Both the position numbers and the translations under genes were made by a program. From the NCBI RefSeq assembly GCF_009914755.1, contig NC_060927.1: 64,000 bases of DNA, one strand, 5' to 3'. Positions 1-12,733 of this stretch are shown here, in pieces. The stretch's first letter is position 1; each line of letters starts with the position of its first letter. The notes beneath the pieces are model-generated. The model had not been told where the DNA came from. It saw only the letters and a list, made by a program, of their open reading frames with translations, and ran no database searches. The stretch comes from the human T2T-CHM13v2.0 reference genome, Homo sapiens.

Positions 1-64
1 TCTGTCTTGCTGTTCTTAGGCCAACATTGACCACAGACTCTGTCCTGGGTTGCAAAAGGGTGAT

Positions 65-520
65 TGTAGCAGATAATGTTGGTGTCCTGCCCACCTCTGT
101 TACCACTTCATTGCAACTGGGCTTGACTTACCATTGCTGTTCTTGTACTTATTTGTCTTAGGGCTTTCTGTGATGATCAGAGTCTGCTTTGCCCATCTGC
201 CCTGCAAGTCTGAAATGCTGGAAAATTAACATTGCCTGCCCTCTCCCCCAATCTGTCCTCAACCAATAATGAAAAAGAGTTGGAGTATAAATACCCCAGC
301 TCTCTCACTCCTCAGGAGGAATAACTGAAAAGTATGTTCTACCCTGGCTCCCAGATTTTCCCAGAGCAATCAAACTTCAGTTACCCATAGTGGCTGCCTT
401 GCTTCTCAATCTTTTTCCCCCATTCCTCTATTAGTGTTTCCTGGATCACCTCCCAAGTAAACCACTTGCACTAGAATTCTTTTCTTAGGGTCTATTTCTA
501 GGGAAACACAAATGAAAGCA
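65..520 (+). mobile_element. ERVL solo LTR, LTR16-like
   Basis: ggagtataaataccccagct TATA region and 3' end cctcccaagtaaaccacttgcact...agggtctatttctagggaaac resemble the LTR16 consensus. Confidence 0.6.
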
Positions 521-903
521 GTGATGATGAAGAAGGGGAGACATGGAAAGAAACTCATTTATTTATTCATTCCTTTAATAATTATTTACTGAGATCCATA
601 GTCAAAGACAAGTAAAGGAGAATGTGAAGAAATGTAGACAAGGGGAACAAATGCTTCCCTTTCAAGGCATAAAAGCAAACGCTAAAAAATGAAGTGGGTA
701 GCAAGAATACCTTTCTTGACACTGCTTAACACATTGCTGCCCAATCCACCACTGATCATGTGCTGTTCCTTTGGGAAGAAATGGAATAAGAACGGTGAGT
801 AGCAGAATTCAGCTTTCTAAGCGTAGTGACTTGGCCATATCTATCATCTGTTCAAAGCCTGAAACATGTGGCAGGCTCTTAAATCCTTAAGAAATTAACA
901 GTA

Positions 904-1500
<597 letters not shown>

Positions 1501-4399
1501 ACAACCTCTTCCTTCTATTCACTCCTGTGATACCTGTTGCCCAATGGTCTACAAATCCTGTGGTCTCTTGCTTTCATCTTTACTTCAATATTTTAAATAG
1601 AGTGGTTTGAGCTCCATCCTTTGTAATAACAAGATCTAGCCCTCCTTATTCTCAGAGATCATCTTTCTCTAATTTACTGGGAGAGGAATGAGTGCTTGTT
1701 TCAAGATCAACTCCTAAGTCTCTAGTTCCACCTCTGCCCTCAGTTCACTTTGTGAAAGTTTCTTCCCTAGGACAGCACCAACTTTTCCTTGTGCTCTCCA
1801 AGAGAATATTAACCCAAGACTGTGTGTATAGCAGCCTTGTTACGGAAGTTTGAAGATGACAAAGAGTAGATGCAACCTGAAGTTTATTAATTGTCATTTA
1901 ATTAGGGCTCGGAAGAGTTCAGATTTTCCAAATACATTGTGATGTCAGTACCCTTCATATGCCCTGGAATTTTTAATCTATAATCTTGATGTCTTATTTT
2001 AAAAATTTTATTCAAAGTTAGACTAATTGAACCAAAAAATACTATGGAGGAATTTTTCATGCTCAAAACCCTATTCCAGGAGGTGTTGGAGGCGACTGAG
2101 TGAGGTGCATAGTTCAGTGGTCCTGTTTACAATGTAGTGACATTAGAATTTGAAACCTAGCCATAGCTTCCACATAAACTGTACTTTTCATTGCACCAAA
2201 TACCACCAGTATTTGTCTTCTTATGTTGCCTTTGATTTTCTTTTAAACACGTTCCAAAATTTCTGACACTTTCTCTGAAATTTGTACTATCTTTAATCAC
2301 ATGTTTCCTGCTTTAAGCAAAGCCTTGTTTATTCTTTGCAATTGTATTCACTGCCCAGGAAACAAGCCAACTTGTTTTTGATGGACAGAGGGAAATATGC
2401 CAACTGAACCATGTTTACAATTGCTTTTGGCCATCTCACCATCAATTCTTAGGAAATAAGAAAAATTTTATTTGTGTACTTTTTGCTTGTCGCCTTTGCA
2501 TTCCTCTTAATTTGTAGTTGTGTGTATGTATTAATTGTAATCGTTTTATCCCTCCGTTAGCTGGTGGCTGTGATTAATTTGTTGTTCAGTGTTTTTCTTT
2601 GACCTTCAATGTACTGTCAGGGTAGAGAACTCTGCTGGCAGATTGCACCATCGTCAGCCCTTTTCTCATGTTTTGCTTAGTTACAACAAATGCTGATTTA
2701 CAACTTTAGATGAAATGCATGGTTTCATAAGAAGGAAAACAGATGATAATTTTAGTATTTAAATGAAGAAGCAAAACAACCTTGAATAAAAGATGAATAT
2801 TGATTTTTAAAAATTTGTTTACCAAGAATTACAGAATTGTGCCTCATTTGACTTAATTTCAGACTTGTTAATTATGTGTCTAAGTTAGCCACAAAGAGAA
2901 CACACTTATTTTAAATTTTAAAATTTAAAGGAAATGAACTTATTCAATTTTGTGCTTAAACACTAGTCATACAACTCTTGTAGTTTTGTTGATTTCCTAA
3001 AATTTTTATAGAAATTCAAATTTATGACAGTATGGTTGTTCATACCTGCATTGAAAATTCAGGTGAGGTCAATAGATTTTCTAAAGCCATCGTGATTCCC
3101 CATCTTCTTTGTAATTCCTTCTTTATAGACAGAATATATTGCAATAAATTTAGTTTATGTTTTCTTGGTCATGATCATACTCAGGTGTATATTGCTGATG
3201 TGCACCCATTCAATTCAACCAACATTTATTGAGTGCCTACTACATGCAAGGCACCAGACTGGCATACAGAAATGGATACACAGTGCCTGACCTCAACTAG
3301 TTGGCAGTAGTCTAGCAGGGAGACAGACACATAAACAGATAACTGTGATATGGTGCAGTTAGACTGGGATTGGATTTGGGGTGTTTCAGAAATTCTTTAG
3401 TCACACATTTTCAAACAGTCTTTTGGGTCACTTCCACAGATGGCTCATTTCCTCCATTATGTTTTGATCCATCCTAATTTCATCCTAGATTTTCAGTTTA
3501 TCTTATTTTGCTCCTGTTTCTTCTTTGACCAGAAAATCTCCTTAAATACATTACACCCATTACCAAAGTACTGGTCTATATGTGGTCTATATGGTCTATA
3601 TGGAAAGTCTATATGTGCAGAGGTACAAATGATCCTATCTATACTGATAAATGGAAAATGTGATTTGCCAAATAGTAGGCTCAGGATGATTCTCATTTAT
3701 ATATTGGGATCATTTATATATATATAAAATCTCCAATATACTTGTATATGATTTGAACATATTTGGAAGAATATATGCCCATCTGTTAGCAATGGCTACT
3801 TTGGGGAAATGGGTGTTGGGGGGGGGAGGCTTGAACGTTTTGTTTCATATAATTCTGTTCTATTTGATTTTTTTTAACTTAAAAAATTTCTTTAAATGTT
3901 TTGAAAAAATTAAAAATAGTAGTTAGTTCTTGGCTATGCAGACCAACAAACCCAAACTAAGTGGAACTAAATGTCCTCCTTTGACACTTCAATCTACTCT
4001 TCCCATGACAATCTCTCCCAACCTCTTGCCTAAGCCTTCCCACGAAGCAGGCTCTCTTAACACACTGGGCATATTCATTAATGTCTTAAGTTAACATGTA
4101 TATGTTGAGTGTTTACTATATGCACTGGGAATCCACCAGAGAAGAGAATAGTTTCCCATTTCTATGTTCCAGCCAAGTGGCACATCCCCTGGCCTCCCCA
4201 TGGTCTTGTTCTTGTCCTTCCCAATCCTCTTTATGGGCTCTTTAAGGCCCATCTCCTCAAGGAAGCCTTCCTTTCCTTCTCCCTCCTCTGAGTCTTATAA
4301 TATTTAGTTTGTGTCTTTGGAAGATTCATACTACCTATACTATAAGTTCTACGAGAATAGCAACAGATCATCTCCATCCTTGTACTTTCAGCCTTCATT

Positions 4400-4930
4400 A
4401 TTAGTCATATATTTATTGAGTACCTTGGGGACAGAGTGGGGAAGCTGGTATAGCCTGTACCCTCCTGAAGTAGAGAAAAGATATATGAAACATGTAACAG
4501 TGTACATAACCCATTCAGGAGTAGTGTGAATGCTAAGAAGGAGAAGTAGATACTGTTATGAGGATATATACTAAGGAAATAGATGCTGAACTGAGGGTGG
4601 TGTTTGGAAAGGCTTCCTTGGGGAGATCCAGTTTAGTGGGGATTTGATGGATGAGATGAGGTTGTTCGGAGGTGGGCCCCAGGTGGGAAGAACTACGGTG
4701 CACAGCAGGAAGTTGAAGGTGGTGGGTGTGGATGAACCCTGGGAATAAGAGGAGTAGAGTTAACAGAAGAGGCTGGAGAAGTAGGCAAGGGTTGGATTGT
4801 TCATGGCCTTGAATGCCACCTTAAGGAATTTGGGTTTCATTCTAAGGAGAGGAGAACAATTGGAGGCTTTTAATTAGAGGAGGAACGGGATCACACTTGC
4901 CTTTAGAAAGGTCTCTCTGGCTAATGAAGG
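4400..4930. mobile_element. L2 fragment (degenerate)
   Basis: atttattgagtacc...ggccttgaatgccaccttaaggaatttggg...ttagaaaggtctctctggct is L2-like. Confidence 0.5.
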
Positions 4931-5154
4931 GAAATGGAATAGAAAGAATCCAGGTGTTCCTAGCACAGTGCCTGCCTGACCAGTATGTACTCAAGTATTT
5001 GTGGACCAATTGTTCATAAAGTGAACGCCTATCAGGTTCACAATTTCCTTGATAGTTCCTACATCTAACTGGCACTTTTTCCTGTGGTCTCTTCCTTATC
5101 AGCCTTCAAATAGCTCTAAATTTTTCCACTTATTAAAAAAAAAAAAAAAAGAAA

Positions 5155-6048
5155 AAAAAAGACTTAAACAGGCACTTCACAAAAGAGGCTATCTAAATAA
5201 AAAATGTACTTAGCTCTCCTCCAGGGCTCCTGAACATTTTCCTACTTGTGCTAACTTTTATACACTGGACAGATGCTCCCTCTTTTACTTTGCATGTTTT
5301 AAAAAGACTTAAACTGGCACTTCACAAAAGAGGCTAGCTAAATTACCAATACACATGTTCAAAGGCAATCAACTTCATTTGGTAACTAGTGAACTACAAT
5401 TATAAACCACCACAGCACTTACCAGAATGGCAAAAATTAGAGTGACAACACTTAATGTTGTCAAAAATGTGGAACAACGGAGACTTTAACTTGCTGCTGG
5501 TGTGAGCATAACTTTGTTCATCCTCTGTGGAAAACTGGCCACATCTTCTGAAAAGGAAAATACCTTTACTCCAGGACCCAGCAATTGCACCAAAACATAT
5601 GTACAAGGAAATTCATGGCAGCATTATTCATAATAGTCGAAAATGTAAAACAACATTTTTATATGGATAAATCAATTATGGTCTATTTATACCTTGGACT
5701 ACTATACAGCAATGAAAATAAATGAACCAAAATTACACCAACAATGTAATGTAGCGTAAAAGAATCCAGACACGAAAGAATATGTACTGTGATTGCAATG
5801 ACAAAAAGGTTAAAATAGGCAAGTTGGTATTCTATGCCATTAGAAATCAGATGGTGGTTACCTTTGGGGTGTAAGGAGTGGGTAGAGTTTGGGAAAGGGC
5901 ATGGACATAGGGTCCTCGGGGGTCTTCAGTATGTTCTATTTCTCAGCTAGGTAGTTGTTCCATGAGTGTGTTCACTTTAGGATAAATCATTGAGCTGTAG
6001 GCTTAGAATTCATGCACTTTTCTGTATGTATAATAAAAAACTAAAAAA
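5155..6048 (+). mobile_element. Old L1M (MC/MD/ME-type) 3' fragment with a rearranged 5' end
   Basis: gacttaaacaggcacttcacaaaagagg, taaaccac, ccagcaattgcac, actatacagcaatgaaaat and an A-rich tail match the L1 ORF2 end and 3' UTR. Confidence 0.75.
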
Positions 6049-6493
6049 GAAAAAAGACGATCACTCAAGATACCATCCCAAAGAAACAAAAAGGAACATC
6101 AAAGCTGTCTTCTTGACTTTGCATTTGTGGTCAGAATAAACTGAGGCCAGCAGTGGTCAAGGATAACATGGTCGGTGCTTTCTGATGTGTTCTGATGTCA
6201 TTTCCTTACCCATAACCCCTTTCCTAGGGTTGCTGGGGGTACTATTTTACAGGATCCTCAGTGCAAGGCAGTGGAATCTTTTTTTGAAGGAATTTTTAAA
6301 TTTAACCTTGGTTTTGGAGACAAAGTCTTTTCTGGCTTAGTTTTCCTCATGACTTTTACATCGTGCCCTTTGGTTAGTTATCTAACCCATTCACTTAGCC
6401 TTCCTCCAGGGCTCCTGAACATTTTCGTTCTTTTGCTAACTTTCACACACTAGACAGACATTCCCTCTTTACTTTGCATGTTTTAAAATTGTA

Positions 6494-6857
<364 letters not shown>

Positions 6858-7912
6858 TTAAAAAATCTTGGCTGTGCCATTCTGACTTAACTGTCTATCC
6901 CTGGGCAATCAAAGTTTTGTCATACCTGAAAGACATATCCCCACCATTTGTATTAATAGTTTTATTCTCTAATTTCTGGATTAATGCTTCTGCATAGAGT
7001 TAACTATTGGGCAAGTTAGCGCAACCCTTTTGAACTTAATTTCCTAATCTATAATGAGGATAACAATAGTTCTCTCCTCTTATGGTGGTTGTGAGATTTA
7101 AATGAGGTAATACATGCAGAATGCCTGGCATAGCATAGTTGCTCAATAAATAGGACCTCTTTTTGTAAGCCCACAAAGGCAGAAAGTACTGTTGCCTTGT
7201 ACCTGCAGGCCTCAAGTAAGCAGAGCAAGACATGTTGTCTAAAGTGGTTGTTTTGTAGAGGACAACTGGCGACCGTTCTACCTGGTCCTATTGGAAAAGT
7301 AGCTGTTTCCCTAAAGCCTCAGTCAGCTTCCAGGAAAGATCAGCCTGGTTTAGTGACAGATGCAAATAAAGCAAACAAGGCTACAAAATGTTTAATTTCT
7401 TACAAACCTAGGTGATTATATTGCTGACAGGGCCTGAGGAGCAAGTAGACTACTCCATATCTTAGGGAATCTTTTAAAATGCTTTAACAAATATATAAGA
7501 ATCATATATAATTGGCACACACTTTGTTTGAATGCAAACACTGCTGTTAAAGTGGTGCTTAAAAACAGTTTGTTGGCCTTCTCTTCGTACAGGAGAAACA
7601 TTTCTCTCGTTTACACTACTTACTTGCTTAGCAAACCCTTATTTATCCTATAATGCAAGTGTAATCTGTCCAACATGTCCAAATGCCCACGGGTTCTGAA
7701 TTAGTGGAGTCTGAATTAACGGAATTTTAGGCAGTCTCTCATGGAGAACTACGAGCATTTGAAAACGACCCACTCCAACAGTTTCAAGAACACTCTACAA
7801 AAATTACCTCTTCCCTCCCCTTTCCTATTTCTTCTTGTTGTGTTTCAGTTCTGGCATTCAAAGTAGACAGAGGAAGACAGACCCAAACGTATATTCTTAG
7901 GACATCTGAATA

Positions 7913-7918
7913 TTTATT
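7913..7918 (-). terminator. Distal polyadenylation signal AATAAA
   Basis: Plus-strand tttatt. On the minus strand it is followed ~25 nt later by gtttgggtctgtcttcctctgtct and preceded by UGUA motifs (~7993, ~8057). Confidence 0.8.
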
Positions 7919-8527
7919 GAGAAGCCACAGTTTTCCACACTTCCATAACTGTAGGCTTTATATAAGGCAAAAGCAAGATGGATCCACTACTTTACATGGA
8001 AAGAAATAGCTCTGCAGCAAACCCCAGGGTTGTGCAGTTACAGATCAAAATGCAATGTACATGACAGATATAAAAAACAGTGTGGAACAAAATAATTTAA
8101 ATTATGGTTACAATCTACTGAAGGAAATATCCACATCTTATTATAAACACATTTTTAGTCTAGGGTTGTAATTTAAATATTCGTTTTTTTTACATACACA
8201 GTTGAGACGTAAAAGCAAAATAACATTTAAGAGGAGAAAACTTTGACAGAAGACAGTAGTTTTGAACTGCGCGCTTGATGTTAAGTCATGATAGGATCGC
8301 CCCCTTGCCGTGGCAATTAAGAGAATCAATCCATTGGTATGTAGCCATCCTTTTTTTTTTGGCTAATTATATGAGTAAATGAAAGGATGGGTTAACAACG
8401 ACACAAGGGGTTCATTTTTTGGTTTTAGGGGAACAGAAAGCATCAAAAGTTAATTGTTGGAGACTTGCCTTTTGTTTTTCAAAAAATAAAAATAAAAACA
8501 CAAAGCAGATCTATGTGTTTTAATTAA

Positions 8528-8533
8528 TTTATT
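8528..8533 (-). terminator. Proximal polyadenylation signal AATAAA
   Basis: Plus-strand tttatt. Downstream U/GU-rich gctttgtgtttttatttttattttttg (8480-8507); upstream UGUA pair at 8627-8637. Confidence 0.6.
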
Positions 8534-8949
8534 TACGTACTCATTTAATTAACTGGCATCCACATACGTGAAACAGAGTGAATGTACTTGATGTACTTGC
8601 CCTCACATCCATTTACCACCAATGCATACATAGTACATGAATGAAGCATCATTGATCTTTGCTGATAACAGGGACACGCCTAGTGGTTAGACTATGTATT
8701 CTCCATGAACAGTATTTAAAGAATGGTGCTCCATATTGCTTGTAAACATATAGACATGGACATCAGGAAATCAGTGGATATGAAGGTCATTTGCTAATCT
8801 TGGTACCACATAGCTAAAATGGCAGTTGTATTGATAAACATCTCATGGGCATGGTAGTTGACAGAAAATTCCTAATGGGTTTAACTAACAGACTAAGGAC
8901 ATGCACTGATTACAGGACTCTGTCCCAGCAGACTCTAGGACCAAATGGT

Positions 8950-9129
8950 CTAATCGTCTTCTTCGTCTTCCTCATCGCTGTCCTTCATGCTGATGCCCTG
9001 CAGTCCCCCACCTTCACTCACTGATGCTGTGGCTTCCTCCACAGTGAGACGGTTCCGGATCGTTTCATAGGTCTTGCTGTTTAAGGTGGAGTCCAGGACC
9101 CCTTGCAATCGGAAATCTCTGTAGGTTTT
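8950..9129 (-). CDS. CADPS: CADPS terminal coding exon ([59 protein letters not shown])
   Basis: Acceptor tatcttttccttccttag|AAA; 59 codons then TAG at 8950-8952; acidic C-terminus typical of CAPS1. Confidence 0.97.
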
Positions 9130-10102
9130 CTAAGGAAGGAAAAGATACAGTGATAAGAGAGATCTCATCTCCATGATGGGGAGGGAGAAGGTAAAAGCAG
9201 GTGTGGGTGGGAGAGCACTGACCTTCAGCTAAATATCACACTTTATGCATTGTCAAATAAAAAGCCACTGTGCTTAGATTTCACTTGTATTGAAAACTGA
9301 GATCCTTTGAATGACAGAAAATGAGAAATAGTGACAGGATAAACTATATTAGATGAGACAAAGCAAAGAACATAAGCTTGTGTTTATTCAGTTCCATAAA
9401 GGGAAATGTTCCATAATTGTTTTGGTTCCTTTTTGTGGACTGGTTCTTTCTCTTAGGTTAGTGTAATGTAATATGATAGACACAGGAAGGGGCTATAATA
9501 TATAAATAATGGATTGAGTGATTATGGTATTTTGTGATTTCTGTTGCAGTCTTGTTTTAGTATTTTTGAGTCTTGTAACTGCATAAGCTGTACTGATATC
9601 CCTCTGTCTCATTCATAAGACAGACATATGTATGTTGGTATATGAAACCTATTACAGGCAGTGGCAATTATGAGAAAGATGGAGCGCTAATGCCTCATCA
9701 ATATGTTGCAGACATGTGACTCATTTCTTCTCTCCTTGGGAAAGAACTGTATCTATTCTGTTCACAACTTTATGGTCTCAGGGAAGAAATTTGGCTCTTT
9801 TTCAAGAACAATGGCTTGGTATTACTGCACCACAAGTTCTTTCTTTGTTCCTTCAGGCAGTTTCTCTCAGATTTCCTTAGGTATCTCAAGGACTGTTTTT
9901 CTAGAAATCCTTCAGTGTTAATTGAATATGACCAGAAGCATCTGGCTGTTGTCTACTTTGTAATTTTTTTTTTGTTTTTTTAAAAGGTCTCTAACTACAA
10001 CTCTCCTCATCACACTGCATATCATTTCAGCTACTGATTCTGCTGTTTGTTTCTCCTATTGATATAGGAAACTTGCTAAAGGGGCAAGACAAGGAATGCT
10101 AA

Positions 10103-10445
<343 letters not shown>

Positions 10446-12628
10446 CATTATTTCTATTTTTAATAGTCCATCTAATGCGGTCATGATAGCAACAATCACA
10501 ATGTCAACCCCTCTTGAAGGTCACATGTTGTAATGACTACAGAGTTAATGAGTGAACCCAGTTCAGCTTACTGAAGTCCAATAACAAAAAAGTAATCTGG
10601 TTTGACATTAAATTATAAGGTTATCCTCAATCATGCATCAACCTGCAAGTCTTGCTGAGAGGAGGAAGCTAGACAGCTACCTGAACTGTGTTTTCACTTT
10701 GATGGGGACGGGTAAGAGACTGAATAAATGTTAGGCATGGTGTGGGCCAGATATCTACACAATTAACTTAAATTTTTGTACTTTTCAATCATTTGTTCTG
10801 TTGCCACTTAGAATAACATAATTGTTGCCAGAATATGATGGGGGAAAATAAAGGTAAAAAGCATTTGAGCATTCTCCCTTTTATTCAAATTCCATAGCAA
10901 CGTGTATACCAACTAGACTCTCAATGCCTAAGTGCAGAGACCACATCTAGTCATTTCTGAATCCTCCATCTGGTAATATACAAGTAGAGGCCCACCTAAT
11001 ATTTATCCAATGTTGAATGAATAAATAAATGCTTGCTGAATAATAAATGAATGGGTGAATAAATGAAGTGGCTGTTGATGCAAGAAAGAAAGCCAATTAT
11101 CCTTGGAAATTTGCCCTGGAGGAGGAGGCCTCTGGGTGATGTTCTTGGTTTAAAGTTTGTGAATTCTGCTTCATAGCTCTGAGTTGTGGCATTAGTTAAG
11201 CTGAACCCACTTTTTGCTAAAGTGAAGGGGTTCCTTTGGCAGTGACTTTTCTATATCCCTTCTCTGTGGCTCATACCACATTTTTTTTTTTTTGTTTTGG
11301 CAAAAGGCTAAGATTAAACCTCCCCTCTGACTTATATTTTTCCTTCATAAAATATTGTTAATTTCCAACACCAATCTGGAAATAGAAATAATGGGAAGAT
11401 AATTTTTAAGTATGACAATTATATCTTCTTTTCATGTCTACCCAATAAGGGTCAAACAGACAATTTCCCCAAAGTGCATTTATGCACAGAAAATGGAATT
11501 CAAGTGGTCAGGCGACCACTTGACGATTGAGCTGGTCTTAAGGAACTGAAGTAAAAAAATGTGAAAATGAGGCTGGGTCCATAGTCTAAGTGTATACATT
11601 CGTTTTTTAAGAGCTGTAATACACTGCTGTCTATAACCTTTCCCGGGTGGATGCTTTGTGAGATCAAATGCAGATAATAATAATTCTCCTTAATTACACA
11701 CAACGGAACAGCAGTTGGTTGTAAGTCAGCACTGGGGTAAAGTGAAATGGTGCTGATCCAAAAGAGACTAAGAAACGGGGTGGGGGCGGGGGGGGGGGGT
11801 GCCCAGGAGTGGGTGTTGCAGGGACTTTTGGCAAACTGTTAAGAAATAGACATTCAGCTACATTTATTGTTAAAATATTTTAAAGGACTTTGTGCTTTGA
11901 ATGAGATTTTTGCATACAAATGTTTTAAAACCCTCTATGGTGAAGCATCAAATAGAAACTGAAATGATCAAAAATGTATTTACCCCCTTCTGTGATCTTA
12001 TTATTTCATGTAAACCACTGAGATTTCACGCTGAAATAATTATCATTAGTCCAAGGTGCACACACAAGAACAAGGGAAAAAGCTACTTTCAGGGTATGTT
12101 ATCTCACCTTTGTGATCCTTTACATTTGATTGTATACACGCATTGTAAGACGAACTACTTCAATTAACTATGAGAACAATATTGATTTGCATTCTGATAA
12201 TGATCACAGGACATATTTAGAAATAGCTGGGGGTAAATATTTCTATTAAATTAATAGCGGCAACATTTTATTTAATTAAACTATAAATGAAATTGGTAAT
12301 GGATGTGATTAACATAATGACACCAAAAGCCAGTTTTTGAAAGTCTAATGCAAAGGACACGATGGCCTCTGCCGTATTTTTGTATGGCAAAACCAAGTAT
12401 TTTTCCTCTCTGGAAAAAGATATCAAATTCATTTGTATTAAATTTCCCTTTGCTGTCTGAGTAACACATTTATCATGCATCACAAAACAATTGCATAGGT
12501 TTTTCTTGTATGAGATACTATTTTATATGTAAACTAATATTCTTTGTGTTAAGCAAGCTTTGCAGCTTGCCAGTGAAATATATTTCAGTAAGCTATTTGC
12601 AAAGAAGAATAATAATCTTTTCTTTTAC

Positions 12629-12733
12629 CTTTACCATCCTAATTAGTGTTTTCAACTGATAAATATGAAGCTGTAAGTCCATCCGGTCCGTCAACCAGGT
12701 GCAGATCACGTTCATGGAGCTGTTGTACCATTG
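12629..12733 (-). CDS. CADPS: CADPS penultimate coding exon, 105 nt ([35 protein letters not shown])
   Basis: Acceptor tttgtctctttttcag|CAA, donor AAG|gtaaaa. Lies inside track ORF 12593..12841 and is in frame with both neighbours. Confidence 0.97.

Larger units (their letters stand above)
7890..8949 (-). other. CADPS: CADPS 3' UTR (long form; 3' end approximate)
   Basis: Repeat-free AU-rich sequence from the stop codon to the distal AATAAA, which has a downstream GU-rich element. Confidence 0.8.

Noticed and set aside
1770-1779. REST/NRSE half-site ggacagcacc (and tcagcacc near 11750, minus strand)
   Set aside because: Isolated half-sites without a partner half.
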